Part shown: one piece after another, positions 9,140-16,548 of the stretch
Layout of the letters: each line of letters opens with the position of its first letter
How positions within the stretch are numbered: the stretch's first letter is position 1
DNA from: an uncultured Gemmatimonadaceae bacterium
Lineage (GTDB): Bacteria > Gemmatimonadota > Gemmatimonadetes > Longimicrobiales > Gaopeijiaceae
Assembly: GCA_964407425.1 (NCBI GenBank)
Contig: CAYOVN010000001.1
Coordinates: 2,381 to 66,380 of the forward strand
Length of the DNA stretch: 64,000 bases
Direction: 5' to 3'
Position numbers and translations under genes: made by a program
The notes under the pieces: generated by a model
What the model was told of the DNA's origin: nothing
Seen by the model: only the letters and a program-made list of their open reading frames with translations
Databases searched by the model: none

Positions 9140-9942
9140 CCTTCGAAGCGGTCGATCTTGCCGTCCGATATGGGAGGGCCCAACGCCGAGCCTTGGATGG
9201 GGTCACCATGAAGGTCCCCAAGGGAGCCTTCTACGCAGTTCTCGGGCCCAACGGGTCCGGGAAATCCACCCTCATGAGGGCGCTCCTCGGCGTCGTTGCT
9301 CCCGAAGCCGGTAGGGTTCTTATCGACGCCCGGGAGACCAGCAGTTGGACCCGACGATCCCTGGCCCGGGCGGTGGGTGCTGTCTCCCAGGCCGAGCACC
9401 TGGCCTTCCCCCTGACGGTCCGTGATTTCGTCGCCATGGGGCGGTACCCCCATCTGGGCCCATTTCGGCCGGAAGGGGAAGTGGATCGGGAAGCCATCCT
9501 AGCGGCCATGGTCCGATGTGATATCGAAGACCTGGGAAACCGGAGCGTCATGACCCTGTCCGGTGGAGAACTCCAGCGGGTCCGAATCGCCCGGGCCCTA
9601 GCTCAGGTGCCCACGGGGTTGGTCCTGGACGAACCCACAGCCAGCCTGGATATCCGTCATGAAATGACGATTTTCCGTCTGCTACGGGATTCTGCGGATC
9701 GGGGGATGACGGTCCTTCTGATCACTCACCACATCAATCTGGCAGCCCGGTTCGCCGATCGGTTTCTTCTGCTTTCCCAGGGAAGACTAGCGGCGGAAGG
9801 TGAGGCCCACGAAGTGTTCAAAGAAGACACACTGGCCTCCGTATACAACTGGCCGGTGTCTGTGGGGATGGACCCAGATACCGGATCGCCTCGGGTCACG
9901 CCACTTCAGGACCCTCCGGCCTCCTCTACGAGAGCCCTGTAG
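9136..9942 (+). CDS. ABC transporter ATP-binding protein (FecE/BtuD class)
   Basis: Walker A GPNGSGKST, signature LSGGELQRV, Walker B LVLDEPTASLD, H-loop ITHH. Confidence 0.9.
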   Translation: MTFEAVDLAVRYGRAQRRALDGVTMKVPKGAFYAVLGPNGSGKSTLMRALLGVVAPEAGRVLIDARETSSWTRRSLARAVGAVSQAEHLAFPLTVRDFVAMGRYPHLGPFRPEGEVDREAILAAMVRCDIEDLGNRSVMTLSGGELQRVRIARALAQVPTGLVLDEPTASLDIRHEMTIFRLLRDSADRGMTVLLITHHINLAARFADRFLLLSQGRLAAEGEAHEVFKEDTLASVYNWPVSVGMDPDTGSPRVTPLQDPPASSTRAL

Positions 9943-10802
9943 CTCCCGAACCGATCCTCGTCTATTTCATTTCTGGCCAGAGCTGCCTGGACCCCACAGT
10001 TCGGCTCATGCAGGTGACTGCATTTCCTGTACTTACATTCCTCCCGGAACGGGTGGAAGTCAGGGAAACAAGTCTCCAGAGTCCTTTGATCGACCCCCCA
10101 GACACCAACGTCGGAAAAGCCCGGCGTATCGGCTACCAATCCGCCGCAATGCAGGGGAATGAGGCGCGAACTGACCGTCGTGTGTCGACCCCGACCCTCC
10201 TTGTGGCTCAGTTCCCCGGTTCGCAGACCCAAATCCGGTTGGATGGCATTCAGCAGAGTCGATTTTCCCACCCCCGACGGTCCCACCAGGGCCGAAGTGC
10301 CCCTTGAGAGCAGGTCCTCCAGAGCGTCGAGCCCCTCACCCGTGACGGCGCTGGTTTCCAGAACCCGGTACCCAACGGTCCGGTAGAGGTCGGAAAGAGC
10401 CTGACCCCCCTCCCCCACCAAATCGATCTTGTTCATGACCAGGGCAAGTTCCAGGTCATTGGATTCGCCGACGACCATAAGTCGATCCAGGAGCACCTGT
10501 CTGGGTTCGGGGCGAGCGGCGGCGGCCACCACCACCAACCGGGCCACGTTTGCCGCGATGACCTTCGCCCTTCGCCCCCCCGGGCCCCTGCGCACCACCT
10601 GGGAGTCTCGGGGACCCACCTTCTCGATGGTGGAGGTCCCATCGGGTTTGGTGGCGACATCCACCCGGTCTCCGATGACCACCTTGTCTCCAGTCCTGGC
10701 CTCCCGTTTGAGGCGACCCCGGAGGGACGCCTCCACCATAGCCCCGGACACGAGCCGGACCCGGTACACTCCCCCCTCACTTCCGTAGACGGATCCGTTC
10801 AC
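9906..10802 (-). CDS. rsgA: Ribosome small-subunit-dependent GTPase A
   Basis: Circularly permuted GTPase order: NKIDL, then GPSGVGKSTLLNA, then DTPGF. C-terminal zinc knuckle CKYRKCSHLHEPNCGV. Confidence 0.93.
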   Translation of the reverse strand: MNGSVYGSEGGVYRVRLVSGAMVEASLRGRLKREARTGDKVVIGDRVDVATKPDGTSTIEKVGPRDSQVVRRGPGGRRAKVIAANVARLVVVAAAARPEPRQVLLDRLMVVGESNDLELALVMNKIDLVGEGGQALSDLYRTVGYRVLETSAVTGEGLDALEDLLSRGTSALVGPSGVGKSTLLNAIQPDLGLRTGELSHKEGRGRHTTVSSRLIPLHCGGLVADTPGFSDVGVWGVDQRTLETCFPDFHPFREECKYRKCSHLHEPNCGVQAALARNEIDEDRFGSYRALVEEAGGS

Positions 10803-10923
10803 ATCACATATTCCGAGAGGGGGGCGGAGGAGAAAACAAAACCGCCTCCGGGAGACCCCTGATTCTTGGGGTTCCAGAAGGCGGTTGAGCTCAGCCGCTT
10901 AAGGCGCGGCGAGACGGGAGCCA

Positions 10924-11835
10924 TCAGGCGGCGAAGGACTCCAGGGCGATACCCTTGTCTCCTTCGCGAAGCCGGCGCAGAGCCCGATCCCGGAGCTGTC
11001 GGATACGCTCCCGGGTAACCCCGAGCATGTTTCCGATCTCCTCCAGAGTGTGCTCCCGCTCTCCCTCGAGTCCGAAATACAGACGCAGGACCTTGGCGTC
11101 TCTAGGCTCGAGGGTTTCCAGGGCCTCAGAGATGGTCTCGCCCAGAAGACGACCTTCGACCTCCAGCTCGGGCTCGGAAGCCTCTTCCGTGATAAAACGC
11201 TCCACCAGTTGGGAGTCTTCGCTGTCCCCGATGGGAGCATCCAACCGGATCTCCGCAGCATTCAGGGTCTGGAGGGACTCAACCAACTCGGGGGTCAGAT
11301 CCGTAGCCTCGCTCAGCTCCTCAGCGGTGGGCTCCCTTCGGAGCTCCTGCTTGAGTCGCTCTTTCTCCCGAAAGATCCTGGCAAGGTCGGAGGCCCTGTT
11401 CAACGGTACCCGGACTGCCCGGCCATGATTTGCCAGGGAAGCAAGAATAGCCTGCCGAATCCACCAAACGGCGTAGCTGATGAACTTAACGCCCTGTTCA
11501 GGATCGAACTTCCGGGCCGCCGTAACGAGGCCGACGTTCCCTTCCTGAATGAGGTCCGTGAGAGAAACCCCCCGGTTTTGGTATTTCTTGGCTACGCTGA
11601 TAACGAAACGAAGGTTGGCCCGGGCGAGTTCCTGAACCGCGTCCTCGTCGCCGGCCTGGGCCAAAGCTCCCAATTCCTTTTCGCGCTCCGGGGTGATGAG
11701 CTCGTGCCGACTCACGTCCCGGAGATATTGGTCCAATGCGGACTGTTCCTCTATGGTCGCAGAGAAACCAGCAAGAGGATTCTTGCGGGTTTTCCGCTTC
11801 CGTCGAGTGCTGGTTGCCGTCGCTGCCGTGCTCAT
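10924..11835 (-). CDS. RNA polymerase sigma-70 family factor, short Bacteroidota-like type (303 aa)
   Basis: Region 2: ANLRFVISVAKKYQNRGVSLTDLIQEGNVGL...FISYAVWWIRQAI. Region 3 contains RAVRVPLN. Region 4: LEEIGNMLGVTRERIRQLRDRALRRLR. Confidence 0.9.
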   Translation of the reverse strand: MSTAATATSTRRKRKTRKNPLAGFSATIEEQSALDQYLRDVSRHELITPEREKELGALAQAGDEDAVQELARANLRFVISVAKKYQNRGVSLTDLIQEGNVGLVTAARKFDPEQGVKFISYAVWWIRQAILASLANHGRAVRVPLNRASDLARIFREKERLKQELRREPTAEELSEATDLTPELVESLQTLNAAEIRLDAPIGDSEDSQLVERFITEEASEPELEVEGRLLGETISEALETLEPRDAKVLRLYFGLEGEREHTLEEIGNMLGVTRERIRQLRDRALRRLREGDKGIALESFAA

Positions 11836-11992
11836 ATCTTTCTCCAGGGACCCCGGAATCCGGGCGCGCCCATTCTTTTCCCCTCAAAACCATCCGCCCA
11901 CCACCCGGGAGGGCAGCGGGCGAGTTGACATCGATCGATCGTCAGACTGTCGGACCAATGGGTAATTAGCCGTTTAAGCTATCACACGAGCT

Positions 11993-12021
11993 GGCTGTTG
12001 TCCAGCATTAATCCAACAGCC
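11993..12021 (-). terminator. Hairpin immediately downstream of the HD-gene stop (8-bp stem GGCTGTTG/CAACAGCC, 13-nt loop)
   Basis: The perfect inverted repeat starts 1 nt after the TAA (12022-12024) on the minus strand. No U-tract follows, so terminator function is uncertain. Confidence 0.3.
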
Positions 12022-13347
12022 TTACACCCCTCCGATGAAGGAAGGTTCCCCGTCCACATCGTCCCCCTCACTAAGGGCGATCAGGAACGCTTCCCGGCTC
12101 AAGGACCTCCGGGAAAAGGTGAATACACGAAGGACCCTGGCGGTACGATAAAGTTCCTCTGCCACCCTGGGCAAATCGATGATCCCTGGAAGACCTTCGG
12201 GCCCGACCCGAGCCACACAGCCATTTCTCTTTTCCAGGAGGAGGTTCAGCTGGAACATGGCGGCCTTCACCGGATAGTCCACCACAACTTCTCCGGGCTC
12301 AAGATCCAGAGCCTGGGCCAGCCGATCCTCCAATGCCCGCCTCTTCTTGGAGTCCGAAACAAGCCAGGCGGGAAGGGGCATCTCGGCTAGATCCGGCGCG
12401 GTGAGCTCCAGGGCCCGTTTCGGTATCTTCCGATTCCAGAGAGCCGGAAGCCACCTTGTTCTCAGGCGCTCGGACCCTGCTGTGTCCACACTTTCCGCCC
12501 TTCTCTTGATTTCGAAGAGCAGTTCCTCGTCGGTTGGTCCCACCAGGTCCGCCGGCGTCAGAAGCCCCTCGTGCACCGCGTCCTCAACGATCCTTTTGTA
12601 TAGAGCGGTGGCAGCCCGGACGCCGTGGTGCCAGTACACATTCCTGAACATCTGGTACTTGGCGAAAAGTAGGGACTCCAATGAGGCCACGGCCTTCTCG
12701 TGAACCCCTACCTCATAGCGACCGGATTCGGGATCCGGGAGGAGAACCAACCCCTGGATCAGGCGGTCCACATCCACCTCACCGTAGGGGACTCCGCAAA
12801 AACGAGCGTCCCGGCGGAGGTACTCCATCTTATCGAGATCCAGGCTCCCACTCACCAGACCCCTCAGGGGCAAGTCACTGGCCCCCAGAATCAACTTGTG
12901 AATAGCGTCCGCCGCGCCGGGCCCAAGAGGTAAAAGGGCAGCCTGGAGTTCAGGCAACCGGAAGAGCTGAGAGCTCACTTCCTCATGGTCCCCGGGAATC
13001 TGATCCGGCTCCAACTCCTCCAGGGCGTGGGAAAAAGCGAAGTGTCCGATGTCATGGAGAAGAGCCGCATAGGGAATCAGTTCCTCACCAGCCCATACCT
13101 CATCCGGAAGGGGGGCTCGCTCCTTCAGGAGTCGAAGAGCCGTCCGGGCCAGATGATAGACCCCAACCGCGTGGTCGAATCGCGTATGGGTGGCGCCGGG
13201 ATAAACCAGGTGAGCGAACCCCAGCTGACGGATGTATCGCAGTCGCTGAAAGGCCGCCGTATCGATGATTCGAAGGGCAGTGGGATCCAACCGGATCGTA
13301 TTCCAGAGCGGATCCCGGATCACACGGAACTGGTTTGTTTCGGACAT
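12022..13347 (-). CDS. HD-domain phosphohydrolase (SAMHD1/COG1078-like dNTP triphosphohydrolase family)
   Basis: THTRFDHAVGV and LLHDIGHFAFSH (the H...HD...D metal motif), with the downstream DKMEYLRRDARFCGVPYG motif typical of this family. Confidence 0.85.
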   Translation of the reverse strand: MSETNQFRVIRDPLWNTIRLDPTALRIIDTAAFQRLRYIRQLGFAHLVYPGATHTRFDHAVGVYHLARTALRLLKERAPLPDEVWAGEELIPYAALLHDIGHFAFSHALEELEPDQIPGDHEEVSSQLFRLPELQAALLPLGPGAADAIHKLILGASDLPLRGLVSGSLDLDKMEYLRRDARFCGVPYGEVDVDRLIQGLVLLPDPESGRYEVGVHEKAVASLESLLFAKYQMFRNVYWHHGVRAATALYKRIVEDAVHEGLLTPADLVGPTDEELLFEIKRRAESVDTAGSERLRTRWLPALWNRKIPKRALELTAPDLAEMPLPAWLVSDSKKRRALEDRLAQALDLEPGEVVVDYPVKAAMFQLNLLLEKRNGCVARVGPEGLPGIIDLPRVAEELYRTARVLRVFTFSRRSLSREAFLIALSEGDDVDGEPSFIGGV

Positions 13348-13449
13348 GGCGGGAGATTAGCCCCGGCGGTTGGGCGTAGCAATGGACGAAATGGGTAGGA
13401 AACCCTATCTTGTGCCCGAAGGAAAAGCGAAAGTCATCTTGACCGGCCC

Positions 13450-14532
13450 ATGATCCTCAATCCCAATCTCAGAGCCTACGTCCGCCACAATGCGGAAGAC
13501 CGGCCTGGCATCTATAGAATGCTGGGTCCGGAGAGCGAAATCCTCTACGTGGGAAAATCCATCCGGGTAAAGACCCGCCTCCTCTCCTATTTCCGGGCCG
13601 AGCCGGCAGAGAAGGCCGGAAAGTTGATCAGGGACACAACGGCCATCGAGTGGGACTACGTCCCCAACGAATTCGCCGCCCTGGTAACGGAAATGCGCCT
13701 CATCAAACGGTGGCAGCCCCGTTACAACGTGGAGCACAGGCGAAGACGGAGCTTCGCCTTCATCAAGATCAGCCAGGAAGCTGCCCCGCGAATCATCCCC
13801 GTATCCCGGATCCTCCCCGACGGCGCCACCTACTTCGGTCCCTTTCCCCGTCCCAAGGCCCTGGCCCTTACTCTAGGGGATCTCTCCCATGTTCTGGGGC
13901 TCCGGGACTGTTCCGGAACGATCCCCATCGTGTTCGGGGACCAGCTGGAGTTTTTCGAAAAGGGAACGGCCCCCCGGTGCATCCGGGCTCAGACCGGCAG
14001 CTGCCTCGGTCCCTGTTTCGGTGGGTGTTTTTCTCCCGACTACGCCCGGAAGGTGGAGGTAGGCCGGCGCTTCCTGGAGGGGAGATCCAAGGAACCCCTG
14101 AGACTACTTCAGGAAGAGATGGAAGGGGCCGCCGAGGGCCTCGAGTTCGAATATGCCGCAATCCTTCGGGATCGCCTCGAGCGCCTCGAAGCCCTCCAAA
14201 AGGAGTTGGTGGCCTTCAGGGGCAGGGTGGAGGGTCTTTCTTTTGTGTACCGGGTCCCGGGCTTCGGGGGAGACGACCGGCTCTACCTGATCCGGAAGGG
14301 GTTGGTGGAAGAGGAAATGCCCAACCCTCGGGGGAAGAGGGGGAGGCAACGGGCCGCAAAAAAGATCGAGGGGGTTTTTCAGGCCCCTCCGGTTGAGACG
14401 GGGACCCTGTCCCCGGAGGCCGCTTCGGAGATCCTCCTGGTGGCCCGTTGGTTCCGCCTGCGGAGGAAGGAATTGGCCCGGGTTTCGAAACCTGAGGAGT
14501 GGCTTACCGCTTCCGCCCCATCTTCCGGATAA
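13450..14532 (+). CDS. UvrC N-terminal-half homolog (GIY-YIG nuclease, Cys-rich region and UVR motif; lacks the C-terminal endonuclease/HhH half)
   Basis: GIYRMLGPESEILYVGKSIRVKTRLLSYF (GIY-YIG), RYNVE, CLGPCFGGC, and FEYAAILRDRLERLEALQ (UVR). Only 360 aa, against about 600 for UvrC. Confidence 0.8.
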   Translation: MILNPNLRAYVRHNAEDRPGIYRMLGPESEILYVGKSIRVKTRLLSYFRAEPAEKAGKLIRDTTAIEWDYVPNEFAALVTEMRLIKRWQPRYNVEHRRRRSFAFIKISQEAAPRIIPVSRILPDGATYFGPFPRPKALALTLGDLSHVLGLRDCSGTIPIVFGDQLEFFEKGTAPRCIRAQTGSCLGPCFGGCFSPDYARKVEVGRRFLEGRSKEPLRLLQEEMEGAAEGLEFEYAAILRDRLERLEALQKELVAFRGRVEGLSFVYRVPGFGGDDRLYLIRKGLVEEEMPNPRGKRGRQRAAKKIEGVFQAPPVETGTLSPEAASEILLVARWFRLRRKELARVSKPEEWLTASAPSSG

Positions 14533-14968
14533 TCTGGAACTCCTCCTTGGTCACGGGCTGAACCGAAAGTCGGGCCCTCTTGAAGAGAGCCATCTCGCTG
14601 AGCTCCGGCCTGGCCTTGATCTCATTCAGGGCTACGATTTCAGGGAAAGCCTCCACGAACTCCACATCAACCATTACCCATCGGGGATTGTCAGGGTCGG
14701 ATTTCGGATCGAAGTACGGGTTCTTCTTGTCGAAGGCGAAGTGATCCGGGTAGGCCCTCTTCGAAATCCGGACAATCCCCACTACCCCAGGGGGTTTGGC
14801 ATTGGAGTGATAGAAGAAGGCGCTGTCGTCGACCTTCATCTGGTCCCGCATCAGGTTGCGGGCCTCGTAATTCCTCACACCCTCCCAGTAGGTGGTGCCG
14901 TCTCGCTCCATATCCCGGATTGAGTAGACGGCCTCCTCGCTCTTCATGAGCCAATAGCCCTTCGCCAT
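14504..14968 (-). CDS. EVE (PUA-like) domain protein
   Basis: MAKGYWLMKSEEAVYSIRDMERDGTTYWEGVRNYEARNLMRDQMKVDDSAFFYHSN...VGIVRI matches the EVE/thymocyte-nuclear-protein-1-like fold pattern. Lies 10 nt downstream of the M24 peptidase gene. Confidence 0.8.
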   Translation of the reverse strand: MAKGYWLMKSEEAVYSIRDMERDGTTYWEGVRNYEARNLMRDQMKVDDSAFFYHSNAKPPGVVGIVRISKRAYPDHFAFDKKNPYFDPKSDPDNPRWVMVDVEFVEAFPEIVALNEIKARPELSEMALFKRARLSVQPVTKEEFQIIRKMGRKR

Positions 14969-14978
14969 TTGTCCTCCC

Positions 14979-16382
14979 CTACCAGATCAAGTGAAAATCC
15001 GTCTGTCTGCGGAACACCCAATGCCGTGTCCCGTCTTCCGCCACATAAACTTCTTCTTCCTGGCGGCAGGAGACTTCCTTTCCACCCCACTCGGGAATGT
15101 TGTACCGGGCCTGAAGCTCGACGGAGTGCCAGGTGGAAGCCCGGAGGGGGATGTCACCCCGAACCGGAACACCCTCCTGTGCATCCCAACGCCCGATAAG
15201 GGGGCCCGACCCATGGCCGTTGTCTCCGATGGGGTGAGTGTAAATCGTGCCCTTGACCCCTTCCATGTCCATCTGGGCCAGGGCCGCCGCCAGGATCTCA
15301 TTTCCAGTCCGACCGACTTCCATCTCAGCCAGGAGGATGTCCTGCATCCTGTTGGACTGCCCCATGCATTGGCGCAGGCCGTCGGGCACATCGGTTTCAC
15401 CCTGCTTAAACACGTAACCAAGGTGCTGCGTGTCGGTATGGAGGTTCATGGCGATGGTGCCGAAATCGGTCCAGATCAGGTCTCCCGGTTGAATGACGAC
15501 CGGCCCACCCCCGGGGATGTTTCCTGCTCTTTGCACGTCCACCGACGGATGGAACCAGGTGGTCATCCCCAGCTCCTGGACCTTCTGCCTGAGCCACCAC
15601 TGAACATCTTCGGTGGTGGTGACGCCGGGCGTGATCACCGCCCTGGAGAAGGCCTGGGAGATGATGGCGTGGACCGTCTCTTCCCTCTCCCTGTACGCCG
15701 GCATCATCTCCGGCAGACGATGGGCGATGAACTCCACCGCAAGGCGGGGTTCACGTTTCACACGGTCTAAATACTTCGGCCCAAGGGCACGCTGCAGAGC
15801 CTCCCACTCCCCGGCGCCCAGGCCATCGGCGAAGGCCCAGTTCTCATCGACGTTCACGGCGATGGTGGAGGGGTCCCGGTCCTCCACCAACTCCAGAAGG
15901 AGCCGCCACTGCTCATCCCCCACCAGTTCGGCCTGCTCATCCCTGGGGGATGGGCGGGTTGAACGATAGGCCTCGAATACCCCACCCTGGCTCCCGCCGC
16001 CCAGAGCAATACGTTCGAGCTCCTGTCCCGGGCCCCTGTCATAAAAGACGTAGATGGACCTGCGCCGGGCAGCGAAGGTGGTCGGAGCCTTGATAGCCCA
16101 GAACACCGGGTCTTCTTCGTACTCCTGCATGGAGAGGATCCACATATCCATCCCATACTCCCGCATGAGCTTCGGTATGACCCGGGTGACCCGCTTCATG
16201 GCCCAATCCTGCTCGATCTTGGCCTGCTCCCGGAGGGGAGGAAGGGGATGGATCCTGGGGGGCACATCCTGCGGGACAAAAACCGGATCCTGGCCGGCAG
16301 CGTCGACAGGGGTGAGACATCCCAGGAGGAGAATCAGAATTGAGCCGAAAAAAGTCGGGACGGCCAGGCGTCGGCGGACCAT
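14979..16382 (-). CDS. Secreted M24-family metallopeptidase (Xaa-Pro aminopeptidase-like)
   Basis: Signal peptide (FFGSILILLLGCLTPVDAAG). The C-terminal pita-bread region has IQPGDLIWTDFG, HLGY, YTHPIGDNGHG and VELQ metal-ligand-like positions. Confidence 0.7.
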   Translation of the reverse strand: MVRRRLAVPTFFGSILILLLGCLTPVDAAGQDPVFVPQDVPPRIHPLPPLREQAKIEQDWAMKRVTRVIPKLMREYGMDMWILSMQEYEEDPVFWAIKAPTTFAARRRSIYVFYDRGPGQELERIALGGGSQGGVFEAYRSTRPSPRDEQAELVGDEQWRLLLELVEDRDPSTIAVNVDENWAFADGLGAGEWEALQRALGPKYLDRVKREPRLAVEFIAHRLPEMMPAYREREETVHAIISQAFSRAVITPGVTTTEDVQWWLRQKVQELGMTTWFHPSVDVQRAGNIPGGGPVVIQPGDLIWTDFGTIAMNLHTDTQHLGYVFKQGETDVPDGLRQCMGQSNRMQDILLAEMEVGRTGNEILAAALAQMDMEGVKGTIYTHPIGDNGHGSGPLIGRWDAQEGVPVRGDIPLRASTWHSVELQARYNIPEWGGKEVSCRQEEEVYVAEDGTRHWVFRRQTDFHLIW

Positions 16383-16476
16383 TGGAAACCTCCGAAATCA
16401 GGATCGAATCAGGGCCAGTACGGGGGCCCTGCGCTGATGCACCCCACCTGCACAGAGGCTCCCTAAACCAATTGAA

Positions 16477-16507
16477 GGGAGGAGCCCTCCGTTGGAAAGC
16501 TCCTCCC
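16477..16507 (-). terminator. Putative intrinsic terminator downstream of ppdK (9-bp stem GGGAGGAGC/GCTCCTCCC)
   Basis: The perfect 9-bp inverted repeat with a 13-nt loop lies 42 nt after the ppdK stop. On the minus strand it is followed by TTCAATTGGTTT. Confidence 0.5.
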
Positions 16508-16548
16508 GAAATTTCCTGCCCAATCCCCCATCCACACCCTCGGTGCCG

